A stretch of DNA of 64,000 nucleotides from Actinomycetota bacterium (lineage in GTDB: Bacteria; Actinomycetota; Acidimicrobiia; Acidimicrobiales; Ilumatobacteraceae), in assembly GCA_043753895.1 (NCBI GenBank), contig JAYUWK010000133.1:2644-66643 (forward strand), read 5' to 3'. Both the position numbers and the translations under genes were made by a program. Each line of letters begins with the position of its first letter. The first letter of the stretch is position 1. Under the pieces are notes generated by a model, which saw only the letters and a program-made list of their open reading frames with translations, had not been told where the DNA came from and made no database searches. Below are positions 37,568 to 46,904 of the stretch, piece after piece.

Positions 37568-38536
37568 TCAGCGTGTCGGCCCGATCGCACATTCGAACGT
37601 GATCGAACGGCTATGGGGGACGAACCCGATCGCGCCGTACAGCCGGTGAGCGCCCGTCGGGCTGTCGCTGTCGACGTCGAGCGCAGCGTGAGTGAGGCCG
37701 ATCTCGCGATACCGGTGCAACGCGGTGAGGATGAGCGCACTCGCGATACCCCTCCCGCGCCACTCATCGAGTGTGCCGACTTTGTCGATGTATCCCTGGG
37801 CGTACCCGAGCACGGCGTCGTCGGCTTCGTAGCGGTAGCTGAGCAGCATCGCGACGATCGTGTTGTTGCAGTCCACCGCAACGAACGACAGATCGGTGCG
37901 CGCGCCGAAGCCCTCGGTGGTCTGTCGCCAGACCTCGTCGCTTGCCGGCGTGGAACCCCAATGGCTTGCAAACGATGCATTCTTCACGTCCTTGATCTCA
38001 CTCGAGCGCTCTGTGGGCCAGGCAATGATGCTGATATCAGCAATGTTCGGAATGGGGCCGATCTCTGCGAGAGCGATCACGAGTTCGTCGAAGTATCGGA
38101 CCGGGCTGAGGCCGCACCTCGCCATCAGTCGGTGTGCATCAGCGACCCCCTCAAGCGCTTGGGTGCGGATGAACTTGGGCAGTGTGTTGGTGCCAGAGTT
38201 CAACATGGCGTCTGCTCGAGCCATGCCCCATGCCATCAGCTCGCGCCCAATGTTGCGACCGCGGTACTTGGGGTGCACCGTGCCGAACACATAGCAACGT
38301 TCCTGGACGACCTCCGACGGCAGGTACTGAGCCCATGCGGCACCGACCAGCGTGGCGTTCACGAATGCGCCACGCGTGTCGGTGGCGGGGTCCAGCGCGG
38401 GCGGGCTGAGCTCCTCACGAACTTCGTCGACATCCATCACCATCTGCAGGCCGTCGAAGTCGTTGCCAGTGTTGATCAGCGCACAGACGGCCTGCATGTC
38501 GTCGGGCTCGAGTGGGCGGAACAGGGTGTTGTCCAT
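37568..38536 (-). CDS. Tandem-GNAT N-acetyltransferase (MshD-like two-domain architecture)
   Basis: It has two acetyl-CoA-binding motifs (YRGRNIGRELMAWG and WRGRGIASALILTAL) in a 322-aa protein. Confidence 0.65.
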   Translation of the reverse strand: MDNTLFRPLEPDDMQAVCALINTGNDFDGLQMVMDVDEVREELSPPALDPATDTRGAFVNATLVGAAWAQYLPSEVVQERCYVFGTVHPKYRGRNIGRELMAWGMARADAMLNSGTNTLPKFIRTQALEGVADAHRLMARCGLSPVRYFDELVIALAEIGPIPNIADISIIAWPTERSSEIKDVKNASFASHWGSTPASDEVWRQTTEGFGARTDLSFVAVDCNNTIVAMLLSYRYEADDAVLGYAQGYIDKVGTLDEWRGRGIASALILTALHRYREIGLTHAALDVDSDSPTGAHRLYGAIGFVPHSRSITFECAIGPTR

Positions 38537-38539
38537 GCG

Positions 38540-39661
38540 TCAGGCTGGCACTGTGTTGCGTGACCATCTGGCGATGCTGGCGCGCACGCCTCGTCGAAAC
38601 GGGTCCTCGACCAATCGGTAGGAGACCACTGTCGCGGCTGCTGTCAATGTCAGCTGCGCTGCGGTCAGCCACCACCTGTCGAGCCCGCTGCTCTCACGCG
38701 TGACGAGCGCAATAATCGGCCAGTGCCACAAGTACAGGCTGTAACACCGCGTGCCGAGCCAGCGCAGCGGTGCCCAAGCGAGCACGCCTGCGGCCCCGCC
38801 GCCGCGAACTGCCGCAGCGACGATAGCCGTCGTTGCAAGCCCGGTCGCGAACATTCCGCCGTCTGCGATGAAGCGCGAAGCCTCGTCATCAAGCGTGAGC
38901 GACAGCACTGCGATGGCCCCCAGACTCGTCGCGGCAATGAAGTTGAGCACCGAGCGCGCCCATTCGCTCGACCACAGAGCCGGTCGCGCGGCGAGGAGGA
39001 TGGCAAGCGCGCTGCCGGCGAGCAGCTCGGCCCCGCGGACCCCGGTGTTGTAGTAGACGTCGGTGGTGCTGCCCCAATCGAGGCGTGTGATTGCCAGCCC
39101 ATAGATTGCGCCGAGACCGGCCAGCCCGCACGCGACCATCCCGACAGTTCGAAGGGGGCGGCGCGCAAATCTGAGCGTGACCACGGTGATGATCGGCCAC
39201 AACACGTAAAACTGCTCCTCGACAGAAAGGCTCCACAAATGCTGGAAGGGTGACACTCTTCCGGAGAACTCAGACCAGTAGTCGACGGAGTGGGCGAGTT
39301 GCCACCAGTTATTCGAGTAGAGCAACGACGACATGACGGCGCCGCGATCAGACGCTTCCCAGGTGCCGCCGGCGACCAAGAGTGCTACCACGACGAGCAA
39401 CATCACGTAGTGCGCTGGCAAGAGGCGCCGGCCGCGCCGCACCCAGAACCGACCCAGACCGACCCGCCCGCCGGTACTGATCCGTTCGTTGAGGATCAGT
39501 CGGGTCATCAAGAAGCCCGAAAGCGGGAAGAACACACTCATACCCACCCAGCCGCCCGGCATCTGATGCGGGCGCAGGTGAAGCCACACCACCAACGCGA
39601 CGGCGATGCCGCGGATGCCATCGAGGGCCGGTACTTGAGCGCTGCGCGGCGGGGTATACAT
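38540..39661 (-). CDS. Acyltransferase-3 (AT3, OafA/YrhL-like) integral membrane acyltransferase without its own SGNH domain
   Basis: The reading starts at MYTPPRSAQVPALDGIRGIAVALVVWLHL, the AT3 N-terminal motif. About 10 helices follow, and the protein ends after the membrane domain. Confidence 0.75.
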   Translation of the reverse strand: MYTPPRSAQVPALDGIRGIAVALVVWLHLRPHQMPGGWVGMSVFFPLSGFLMTRLILNERISTGGRVGLGRFWVRRGRRLLPAHYVMLLVVVALLVAGGTWEASDRGAVMSSLLYSNNWWQLAHSVDYWSEFSGRVSPFQHLWSLSVEEQFYVLWPIITVVTLRFARRPLRTVGMVACGLAGLGAIYGLAITRLDWGSTTDVYYNTGVRGAELLAGSALAILLAARPALWSSEWARSVLNFIAATSLGAIAVLSLTLDDEASRFIADGGMFATGLATTAIVAAAVRGGGAAGVLAWAPLRWLGTRCYSLYLWHWPIIALVTRESSGLDRWWLTAAQLTLTAAATVVSYRLVEDPFRRGVRASIARWSRNTVPA

Positions 39662-39684
39662 CGTCGTCGCGGCTGCTGTTTGGC

Positions 39685-42141
39685 TCACGGCCTGATGTCC
39701 CACACATTCGCGAGGTGGGCCATCACAGTCTGGGTCAGCAGCGAGTAGAGGGGTGCTTTGTAATGCACGCCATCTGGCTGGAATTGATCGAGGTATTGCA
39801 GGGCCACATCCTGCCAATCGAGCACCGAGATGTTCGGCCGATCGCGTACAACGCGCAACAAGGCTTGGTTGTAGGCGGTGGACGCGTCGAGCGACCACGC
39901 CGTGGTGGCGCTGACGAGTACCGGAGTGATCCAAACGGTGGGCTCCTCACCGATTGCGTCCGCGATCAAGCGAATCCGCACAGACGGATCGACGCCATCG
40001 CGGTGTGTCTCCATCGCGTCCTCGGAGCTCAGCGCGATGACCCAGCACACAGATTTGTTCGGCAGCACCAACCGAAAGTCTTTTATGACCTGCAGGGCCG
40101 ACGTGCCTCCATTGGCAGCGCTCGTTGCTCCTCGGCCATTCGCGAAGTCCAAATACGCCACCGCGCCAGTTGCCGCATATAAGTCGCGGAAGGCCGAAAA
40201 CGTCATTCCGAGGTTGCTGTCGCCGAGGTGCACGATGGTGTCGCAGACCGGTCGCGCCGGCGCCACGGTGGTCGTCGGTGCGGCTGGTGTCGAGGCTGCA
40301 GCCGGCGACCCGGCTGCTGAGGAAAGGTAGTAGGCGAGGCCCGACGGGATGATGTTGTCGGTGGGCTCCACCGCTGTCGTGGGCCCCATCGCCGCCGTGT
40401 GCACCTTTGCGTCCGCCTCCAGGGTTGGATGCCCAACGGCCACTGCCGTGATCACTGCTTGCTCGGGCTGGCCTTGGCCGAGCTGTACCATCACTACGCC
40501 GAGCGACAGGGTGATCAGGGCCACGGGCACCGTCACGGAAGGTCGTAACCAACGGACAAGTCGCTGGCGCAACCTCGCCGGCCCCTTGCTCGACCACCAC
40601 TGGATCGCGATCGCGGCAGCGACGGCGATCACAAGCGGATCGATCATGTGGCGAAAGCGTTCTTGTTCGCCGAGTTCACCGGTCACACCAACGGCAAAGG
40701 TCCACGCGGTGGTGAAACCCGTGAGGGCGATGATTGTTGAGCGCGTCAGGTTGGTGGTGCGGGACCGAAGGATCAGCCAAAGGTGCCGAGCGCCGCCCAC
40801 CAAGACGACGACTGTGGCAATAATGACGAGTATCGACACTGGGCTCTCGTGCGGGCTGTACCAACCCGAGCGAGCCTTCCAGGACGCGGGCATGGGCGGG
40901 TGGGCGACGGCGACGAACAGAATGTTGCTCACCGTGTCGATCGCTTCCACGACCGGGGAGCTGACTCGACCGCTGTCGGAGGGAACGCAGAACCAATTGT
41001 TCACGGCCCAGAGCCGCGCCGTGAACCAAGCGCCGGGCCGGGCCCGAATGAGTGCGAGCGCGTCGCTGCCGGCACGATCGAAGACAGGGAGATAGCACTC
41101 GTAGTTGAAGTTCGGCGTCGGCGATGGCGATGGAACGACTGAGGTGGGGGCCGGATAACGCATCCGTTGGGTGAGTACGGCATCGGTGTGGGAGGCCGCG
41201 CACGGGGGCATGACTGGCTCATAGCCGGCGTAGTCCGAGAATGGTCCAACGACGGCCACACCACTGATCGTGCCGGCCTCGTGCAACTTAGCGATGTCCT
41301 GAGGAGCAACCGCAGGCCCGACGGATCGCAGTAAGTTCATTCCAGTCCACGACGACAGTGATGACTCACCGAAGAGAACCTGATTCTTCGCTGACCAGCC
41401 TCCGATCACGAGCAGCGGAATGCCGATGGCCGCCACCATGGTACGACGCGAAATTGTTCCACGGCGGGTCCACAACGCCACGGCGAGGACGACGGCCAGC
41501 CAGAGCGGGTGATACAGACTGCGGGTCATCGCGATGACCGTCGCCACGACGGATCCAGCGAGCACCATCCGCGATCGATCGGGCCGCCGGGCAAGGAGGC
41601 AGACCATGAGCGCCAGAAGTGCAGCAACAGGAAGTTCGTACAGTTCGTCAAACCCGTGCATCAGCATGGCCCGGTTGGCCGAGCAAATGAGCGCGATCAC
41701 AACGGCCGTGCGGCGATTCATGCCAAGCGTGACGAGCAGGGTGGCGATACAACCTGCCAGGACCATGCCGCTGATGAGCATGAATAGTTGTATGGACTGG
41801 GCGAGATTCAGCGGGCTCCAACGGCCGAGTGAACCCACGAGCAGATTCCACCCAGGAGGTTGGATGTGCAGATACCAGACGCTACGAAGCGGATGAGCGA
41901 TGAGCGCTGGCAGCGGCGCCAGCTGCCAGAGAGACTCTCCCGAGGCGTTGAAGGTCTGGCCGGTGAAGGCGGCAATGCAGTAAATGGTCGCCCACAGTGC
42001 GGCGCTCGCACCGGCGGGCGAACGAAGCGCTGACTTCAGCCGTGAGCTCAGCGCAGAGGGGATGCCGGGAGGCGTGCTCTCGGTCTGGCCGAGTCTGTAG
42101 GAATGAGGTGGCGCGTCCCCAGCGAGGCGCTCGTTGTACAT
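39685..42141 (-). CDS. Large membrane protein: GT-C-like polytopic N-terminal domain fused to a C-terminal SGNH/GDSL-type hydrolase domain
   Basis: The N-terminal helices carry an HIQPPGWNLL loop, reminiscent of GT-C/PMT-type glycosyltransferases. The C-terminal domain has IVHLGDSN (block I) and FQPDGVHY (block V). Confidence 0.55.
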   Translation of the reverse strand: MYNERLAGDAPPHSYRLGQTESTPPGIPSALSSRLKSALRSPAGASAALWATIYCIAAFTGQTFNASGESLWQLAPLPALIAHPLRSVWYLHIQPPGWNLLVGSLGRWSPLNLAQSIQLFMLISGMVLAGCIATLLVTLGMNRRTAVVIALICSANRAMLMHGFDELYELPVAALLALMVCLLARRPDRSRMVLAGSVVATVIAMTRSLYHPLWLAVVLAVALWTRRGTISRRTMVAAIGIPLLVIGGWSAKNQVLFGESSLSSWTGMNLLRSVGPAVAPQDIAKLHEAGTISGVAVVGPFSDYAGYEPVMPPCAASHTDAVLTQRMRYPAPTSVVPSPSPTPNFNYECYLPVFDRAGSDALALIRARPGAWFTARLWAVNNWFCVPSDSGRVSSPVVEAIDTVSNILFVAVAHPPMPASWKARSGWYSPHESPVSILVIIATVVVLVGGARHLWLILRSRTTNLTRSTIIALTGFTTAWTFAVGVTGELGEQERFRHMIDPLVIAVAAAIAIQWWSSKGPARLRQRLVRWLRPSVTVPVALITLSLGVVMVQLGQGQPEQAVITAVAVGHPTLEADAKVHTAAMGPTTAVEPTDNIIPSGLAYYLSSAAGSPAAASTPAAPTTTVAPARPVCDTIVHLGDSNLGMTFSAFRDLYAATGAVAYLDFANGRGATSAANGGTSALQVIKDFRLVLPNKSVCWVIALSSEDAMETHRDGVDPSVRIRLIADAIGEEPTVWITPVLVSATTAWSLDASTAYNQALLRVVRDRPNISVLDWQDVALQYLDQFQPDGVHYKAPLYSLLTQTVMAHLANVWDIRP

Positions 42142-42350
42142 AGAGTTTAGCCCATCGTTCTATTTCGCTCCACAGCACGCGCGCACGGAGCGTTGCGCCG
42201 TGCCCGTCGCACAAAGCACCGTACTTGACCGACAGGCGACATGCCGTGCGTGAGGTGATTGACGGCGTGACGGGGGCGACGCGTGAACTGGCATATCATC
42301 TGCCACTAGTTTGTGTGCGTCAATCCGCACAGCAAAGGGACCCCGTCACC

Positions 42351-42986
42351 ATGTCGAGCGAAGCCACCCCACGTCTCATCTGCGACATGCGCGACGTGCG
42401 CTACGGCGAAGTGTTGGCCGTCTACCTCCGCGACAGTGGTCTCGAGGCCGAGGTGTACGGCACACAGATGCTGAATGACTGCCCGCAGGAATTGTGGGAC
42501 ACACTCGATGCCCCGACCATCGCTGCCGAGATGGGTGCCGTGATAGTCAAGCTCAACGGGCCGCGTTACTGGATGCTTGATGGTCTCGGCCAGAAGGTAG
42601 CTGTCGTGGATCCGGTCTTGCGTGACTTCAACGGGCTGATGATGCGCCGTATCGCGGTGGTGAACCTCGGCGACAGCCCGGCCGTCCAGCCATACGTGGA
42701 CCGATACGTGAACCGTGGCGCGGTGTTCTTTTTCGATGCCGGTTCGCCGGTGTACGAACTCGCCAATGCCGACGGTCTGGCGTACGTGATGCAGGCCTAC
42801 TGCGTCGCTGTCGATCCATCGCTGAACCAGGACAATCTCGCCGCGCTCGGCGACCGTCTTGCGCTGCCCGAGGGCTGGACGTTTCGCACGCGGATCCTCG
42901 ACGAGGAACTGGTGGTGGACACCAGCGCCACCATCGCCACCGTGCTTCAAGACGAACTCGAGAACACCTATACCCTTCCGTCGTGA
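42351..42986 (+). CDS. Hypothetical cytoplasmic protein
   Basis: It is a 211-aa ORF from the ATG at 42351 with ordinary codon usage. I recognised no motif. Confidence 0.4.
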   Translation: MSSEATPRLICDMRDVRYGEVLAVYLRDSGLEAEVYGTQMLNDCPQELWDTLDAPTIAAEMGAVIVKLNGPRYWMLDGLGQKVAVVDPVLRDFNGLMMRRIAVVNLGDSPAVQPYVDRYVNRGAVFFFDAGSPVYELANADGLAYVMQAYCVAVDPSLNQDNLAALGDRLALPEGWTFRTRILDEELVVDTSATIATVLQDELENTYTLPS

Positions 42987-43097
42987 TCAGCGTGAGCCGG
43001 CCACCGGTGCTGTCGTAGGGACGAACGACCCTGTTCGGCGCTACCGCGCGGCGCGACAATCGCACGATGGAGTCCTGAACCGAAGGTTGGTAGCCGA

Positions 43098-44600
43098 ATG
43101 AGTCAGACCGCAACGCTTGGCCAAGACGGCGCTGTGCGCACCGAGCACTTCGACGTGATCATCGTCGGTGCCGGCATTTCCGGTGTTGGTGGCGCGTATC
43201 ACCTGTCGCAACAGTGTCCCGAGAAGTCCTTCGTGGTGCTCGAGGGACTCGAGAGTTTCGGCGGTACCTGGCAGATGCACCGCTATCCCGGCATTCGTTC
43301 CGACAGCGATCTCTACACCTTCGGATACCGCTTCAAGCCATGGACCGGCGCGCCGATCGCGACGGCTGAGGAAATCCTGAAGTACATGGGCGAGGCCATC
43401 ACCGAGAACCACCTCGCGCCGCACATCCGTTATCAGCACCGCATCACGAGCGCGAGTTGGAGCAGCGCGACGAACCTCTGGACGCTCGAGGCAACACGCA
43501 GCGACACGGGCGAATCACTGCGGTTCACCACCAACTTCTTGTGGATGTGTCAGGGCTACTACCGCCACTCGCAGGGTTACACGCCGGAATGGGCTGGCAT
43601 GGATCGCTACTCCGGCACCATCGTGCACCCGCAGACGTGGCCCAAGGATCTGGACTACGCAGGCAAGCAGGTCATTGTCATCGGGTCGGGCGCGACTACC
43701 GCCACGCTCGTGCCGGCCATCACCGGCGAATGTGCGCACGTGACCGTGCTGCAACGGTCGCCCACCTATTTCTGGACAGGACGGAACGCGAACGAACTGG
43801 CGGACACGCTGCGCGAGATCGACATCGACGAAACGTGGATCCACGAAATCGTGCGCAAGAAGATCCTGCACGATCAACAGGTGGTCACGCAGCTGTCGTT
43901 CGACGAGCCCGAGCTCGTGAAGCACGAGTTGATCGAAGTTGTGCGCACGTTCCTGGGTCCCGACTACGACGTGGAGAAGCACTTCACCCCGCACTATCGC
44001 CCGTGGCGCCAGCGCCTTGCCTTCGTGCCCGACGGTGATCTGTTCCAAGGGATCGCCTCGGGGGAGGCATCGATGGTGACTGACGAAATCGACACCTTCA
44101 CCGAGAAAGGCATCCTGTTGAAGTCCGGCCAAGAGCTAGAAGCCGACATCATCGTGACCGCCACGGGCTTCAACCTTAGCGTGCTCGGTGACATCGCCTT
44201 CACCATCGATGACAAACCGCTGGTGTTCAGTGACACCGTCACCTACCGCGGGATGATGTTCACCGGTATCCCCAACATGCTTTGGGTGTTCGGCTATTTC
44301 CGTGCGAGTTGGACGCTACGTGCCGACCTGATCAGCGACTTCGTGTGTCGACTGCTGCAGCACATGGACGAGCTCGGGGCGCGTCGGGTCACTCCATCGC
44401 TGCGCGCCATCGATGCCGGCGATCCTGTGCTCGACTGGATGGATCCGGAGAACTTCAATCCGGGGTACCTCATGCGCAGTATGCATCTGCTCCCCAAGCG
44501 ACTGGACAAACCCGAGTGGCAGCACAGCCAGGATTACTGGGTCGAGAAAGACAGCATGCCCGCGGCCGACCTCGACGATGGGTGTCTTGTCTACGAGTGA
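43098..44600 (+). CDS. Flavin-dependent (Baeyer-Villiger/FMO-type) monooxygenase
   Basis: It has the FAD fold DVIIVGAGISGVG and FGGTWQMHRYPGIRSDS. It also has a second dinucleotide fold VIVIGSGATTAT and a fingerprint-like YSGTIVHPQTWP. Confidence 0.8.
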   Translation: MSQTATLGQDGAVRTEHFDVIIVGAGISGVGGAYHLSQQCPEKSFVVLEGLESFGGTWQMHRYPGIRSDSDLYTFGYRFKPWTGAPIATAEEILKYMGEAITENHLAPHIRYQHRITSASWSSATNLWTLEATRSDTGESLRFTTNFLWMCQGYYRHSQGYTPEWAGMDRYSGTIVHPQTWPKDLDYAGKQVIVIGSGATTATLVPAITGECAHVTVLQRSPTYFWTGRNANELADTLREIDIDETWIHEIVRKKILHDQQVVTQLSFDEPELVKHELIEVVRTFLGPDYDVEKHFTPHYRPWRQRLAFVPDGDLFQGIASGEASMVTDEIDTFTEKGILLKSGQELEADIIVTATGFNLSVLGDIAFTIDDKPLVFSDTVTYRGMMFTGIPNMLWVFGYFRASWTLRADLISDFVCRLLQHMDELGARRVTPSLRAIDAGDPVLDWMDPENFNPGYLMRSMHLLPKRLDKPEWQHSQDYWVEKDSMPAADLDDGCLVYE

Positions 44601-45439
44601 TACTGCTCGATCAGCGATGCGTATGCATCGAGTGTCTGCAGGGCAGCGGCCTCAGACGTCGGTGGTAGGCCGAGCACACACCGGGTGAAACCCAGTTCGG
44701 CGTAGGCGTCGATGGTCTTGGCGTCACCGGGGCAACCGAACACACCCAGTTCGAAGTCGTCGGGATTTCGTCCGGCATCCTCGAGCGCCAGACGGAGTTG
44801 GGGGAGCTTCTCGCTGATGTCGCGGCGACCGTGAATGGGCATCCAACCATCGCAGTATTCGGCGAGGTGGCGAAACGTGATGGGGCCGCCAGCGCCGCCC
44901 ATCAGCACCGGCGGATGCGGCTTCTGTACGGGCTTGGGCCAACTCCACGATTCGCTGAAGTTCACGAACGTGCCCGTGTACGAGGCTTCGTCTTTGGTCC
45001 AGAGTTCCTTCATCGCCAACACGGTTTCGCGCGCCGCACTGCGGCGCGTGCGCGGGTTCACGCCGTGGTGTTCCATCTCCTCCTCGTTCCAGCCCACGCC
45101 GATGCCGAACAGGAACCGACCGTTGGACACGAGATCGAGCGAGGCAACGGTCTTGGCGAGCGTGATCGGGTGATGCTGGGCCACCAACGACACGCCGGTA
45201 CCGACCAACAGCCGCGTGGTGACTGCGGCTGCAGTGGTGAGCGCGACATAGGGGTCGAGGGTGCGACGGTATTCGTCGGGCAATGGTGCCCCGCCCGGCC
45301 ACGGGCTGCGGCGATTTGTGGGGATGTGTGTGTGTTCGGTGACCCACAGCGATTCGAAGTCGCGGTCTTGCATCTCGCGGGCGAGACGGCCGATGCCGAT
45401 CGACAAGTCGGTGGGAAAGATCAGGGCTCCGATACGCAT
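44591..45439 (-). CDS. LLM-class (luciferase-like) F420-dependent oxidoreductase
   Basis: The reading starts at MRIGALIFPTD. It has SLWVTEHTHIP and SNGRFLFGIGVGWNEEE. It overlaps the monooxygenase gene convergently by 10 nt. Confidence 0.75.
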   Translation of the reverse strand: MRIGALIFPTDLSIGIGRLAREMQDRDFESLWVTEHTHIPTNRRSPWPGGAPLPDEYRRTLDPYVALTTAAAVTTRLLVGTGVSLVAQHHPITLAKTVASLDLVSNGRFLFGIGVGWNEEEMEHHGVNPRTRRSAARETVLAMKELWTKDEASYTGTFVNFSESWSWPKPVQKPHPPVLMGGAGGPITFRHLAEYCDGWMPIHGRRDISEKLPQLRLALEDAGRNPDDFELGVFGCPGDAKTIDAYAELGFTRCVLGLPPTSEAAALQTLDAYASLIEQYHS

Positions 45440-45552
45440 GGCGCGAACAATACGCCCGGGTGACGCCTCGGCGCGCCGAAGTGGCGCTCCAGAGGCCACT
45501 CATGGCCCCGTACAGCGCTACTTTGCGAATCGAACTTCGCCAGTCGAACGGG

Positions 45553-46872
45553 TCAGGGGCCGGTGAAGAGCGAGCCGCGCGAGCGTTGGTCGACGGTGCT
45601 GCCGGCCTTGCGCTCGGCCTCGCGATTCTTCACCTCGGCGCGGCCCACGACCTGGTGGTGCACCTCGTCGGGGCCATCGGCGAGACGAAGTGTGCGCTGA
45701 CTGTGCCACATCTCGGCGAGCGGGAACCACTGCGAGATGCCCGCGGCGCCGTGCATCTGGATCGCTTCGTCGATGATGTCGCAACACTTTTCGGGGACCA
45801 TGGCCTTCACGGCGCTTACCCACACGCGCGCCTCCGCGTTGCCGAGCGTGTCCATCGCTTTCGCGGCGCGCAGCACCATGAGACGCATCGCCTCGACCTC
45901 GATACGAGCACGGGAGACGAGTTCCATGTTCTTGCCGAGGTTGATCAGCTTCTTACCGAAGCCCTCACGGCTGAGGCCGCGATCGACCATCATCTCGATG
46001 GCCCGCTCGGCGGCTCCGATGGAGCGCATGCAGTGATGGATACGGCCGGGCCCGAGGCGCACCTGGGAGATCTCGAAACCGCGACCCTCGCCCCACAGCA
46101 CGTTGTTCTTCGGTACGCGAACGTCGTTGAAGCGGATGTGCATGTGCCCGTGCGGCGCATCGTCGGCGCCGAACACCTGCATCGGCTCGACGATCTCGAC
46201 ACCGGGAGTGTCCATCGGCACGAGGATCTGTGACTGCTGCTTGTAGGTGTCGGCGTCAGGGTTGGTGCGCACCATCGTGATCATGATCTTGCAGCGCGGA
46301 TCGCCGGCGCCGGAGATGTAGAACTTGGAGCCATTGATGACCCATTCGTCGCCGTCGAGCACGGCACTCGTCTGGATCTGCTTGGCGTCGCTGCTCATCA
46401 CTCCGGGTTCGGTCATTGCATACGCCGAACGAATCTCGCCACGTAGCAGCGGCTCGAGCCACTGCTTCTTCTGTTCGGGGGTGCCGACGCGTTCGATGAC
46501 TTCCATGTTGCCGGTGTCGGGCGCCGAACAATTTAGGCACTCTGACGCCAGGCGGTTCTTGCCGAGTTCGTTGGCGATGTACGCGTAGTCGAGGTTGCTG
46601 AGGCCGTGCCCGGTCTCGGCGTTGGGCAAGAAGAAGTTCCACAGGCCGAGTTCGCGTGCTTTGGCCTTGGCGGTATCGAGCAGTTCCAGTTGCCCGGGTG
46701 CCCAGCTCCATCGGTCGGAGCGGTTGGCGCCGAGCCGGTAGAACTCCTCGGTGATTGGATCGACCACGTCGCGAATGAATGCAACCACAGCGTCGTAGAG
46801 CGGACGAACCCCTTCGGACATCCTCAGGTCGAGGTCGTCCATGTTGGCCATCTTGAGTGCGCCACCAACCAT
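45553..46872 (-). CDS. Acyl-CoA dehydrogenase (ACAD10/11-like FadE type)
   Basis: The ATG at 46872 is preceded by GGAGA. It has AYAMTEPGVMSSDA, GDEWVINGSKFYISGAGDP and a C-terminal helical domain. Confidence 0.8.
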   Translation of the reverse strand: MVGGALKMANMDDLDLRMSEGVRPLYDAVVAFIRDVVDPITEEFYRLGANRSDRWSWAPGQLELLDTAKAKARELGLWNFFLPNAETGHGLSNLDYAYIANELGKNRLASECLNCSAPDTGNMEVIERVGTPEQKKQWLEPLLRGEIRSAYAMTEPGVMSSDAKQIQTSAVLDGDEWVINGSKFYISGAGDPRCKIMITMVRTNPDADTYKQQSQILVPMDTPGVEIVEPMQVFGADDAPHGHMHIRFNDVRVPKNNVLWGEGRGFEISQVRLGPGRIHHCMRSIGAAERAIEMMVDRGLSREGFGKKLINLGKNMELVSRARIEVEAMRLMVLRAAKAMDTLGNAEARVWVSAVKAMVPEKCCDIIDEAIQMHGAAGISQWFPLAEMWHSQRTLRLADGPDEVHHQVVGRAEVKNREAERKAGSTVDQRSRGSLFTGP

Positions 46873-46904
46873 GTCTGTTCTCCATTCGCGATCGTTCGAT
46901 GAAC

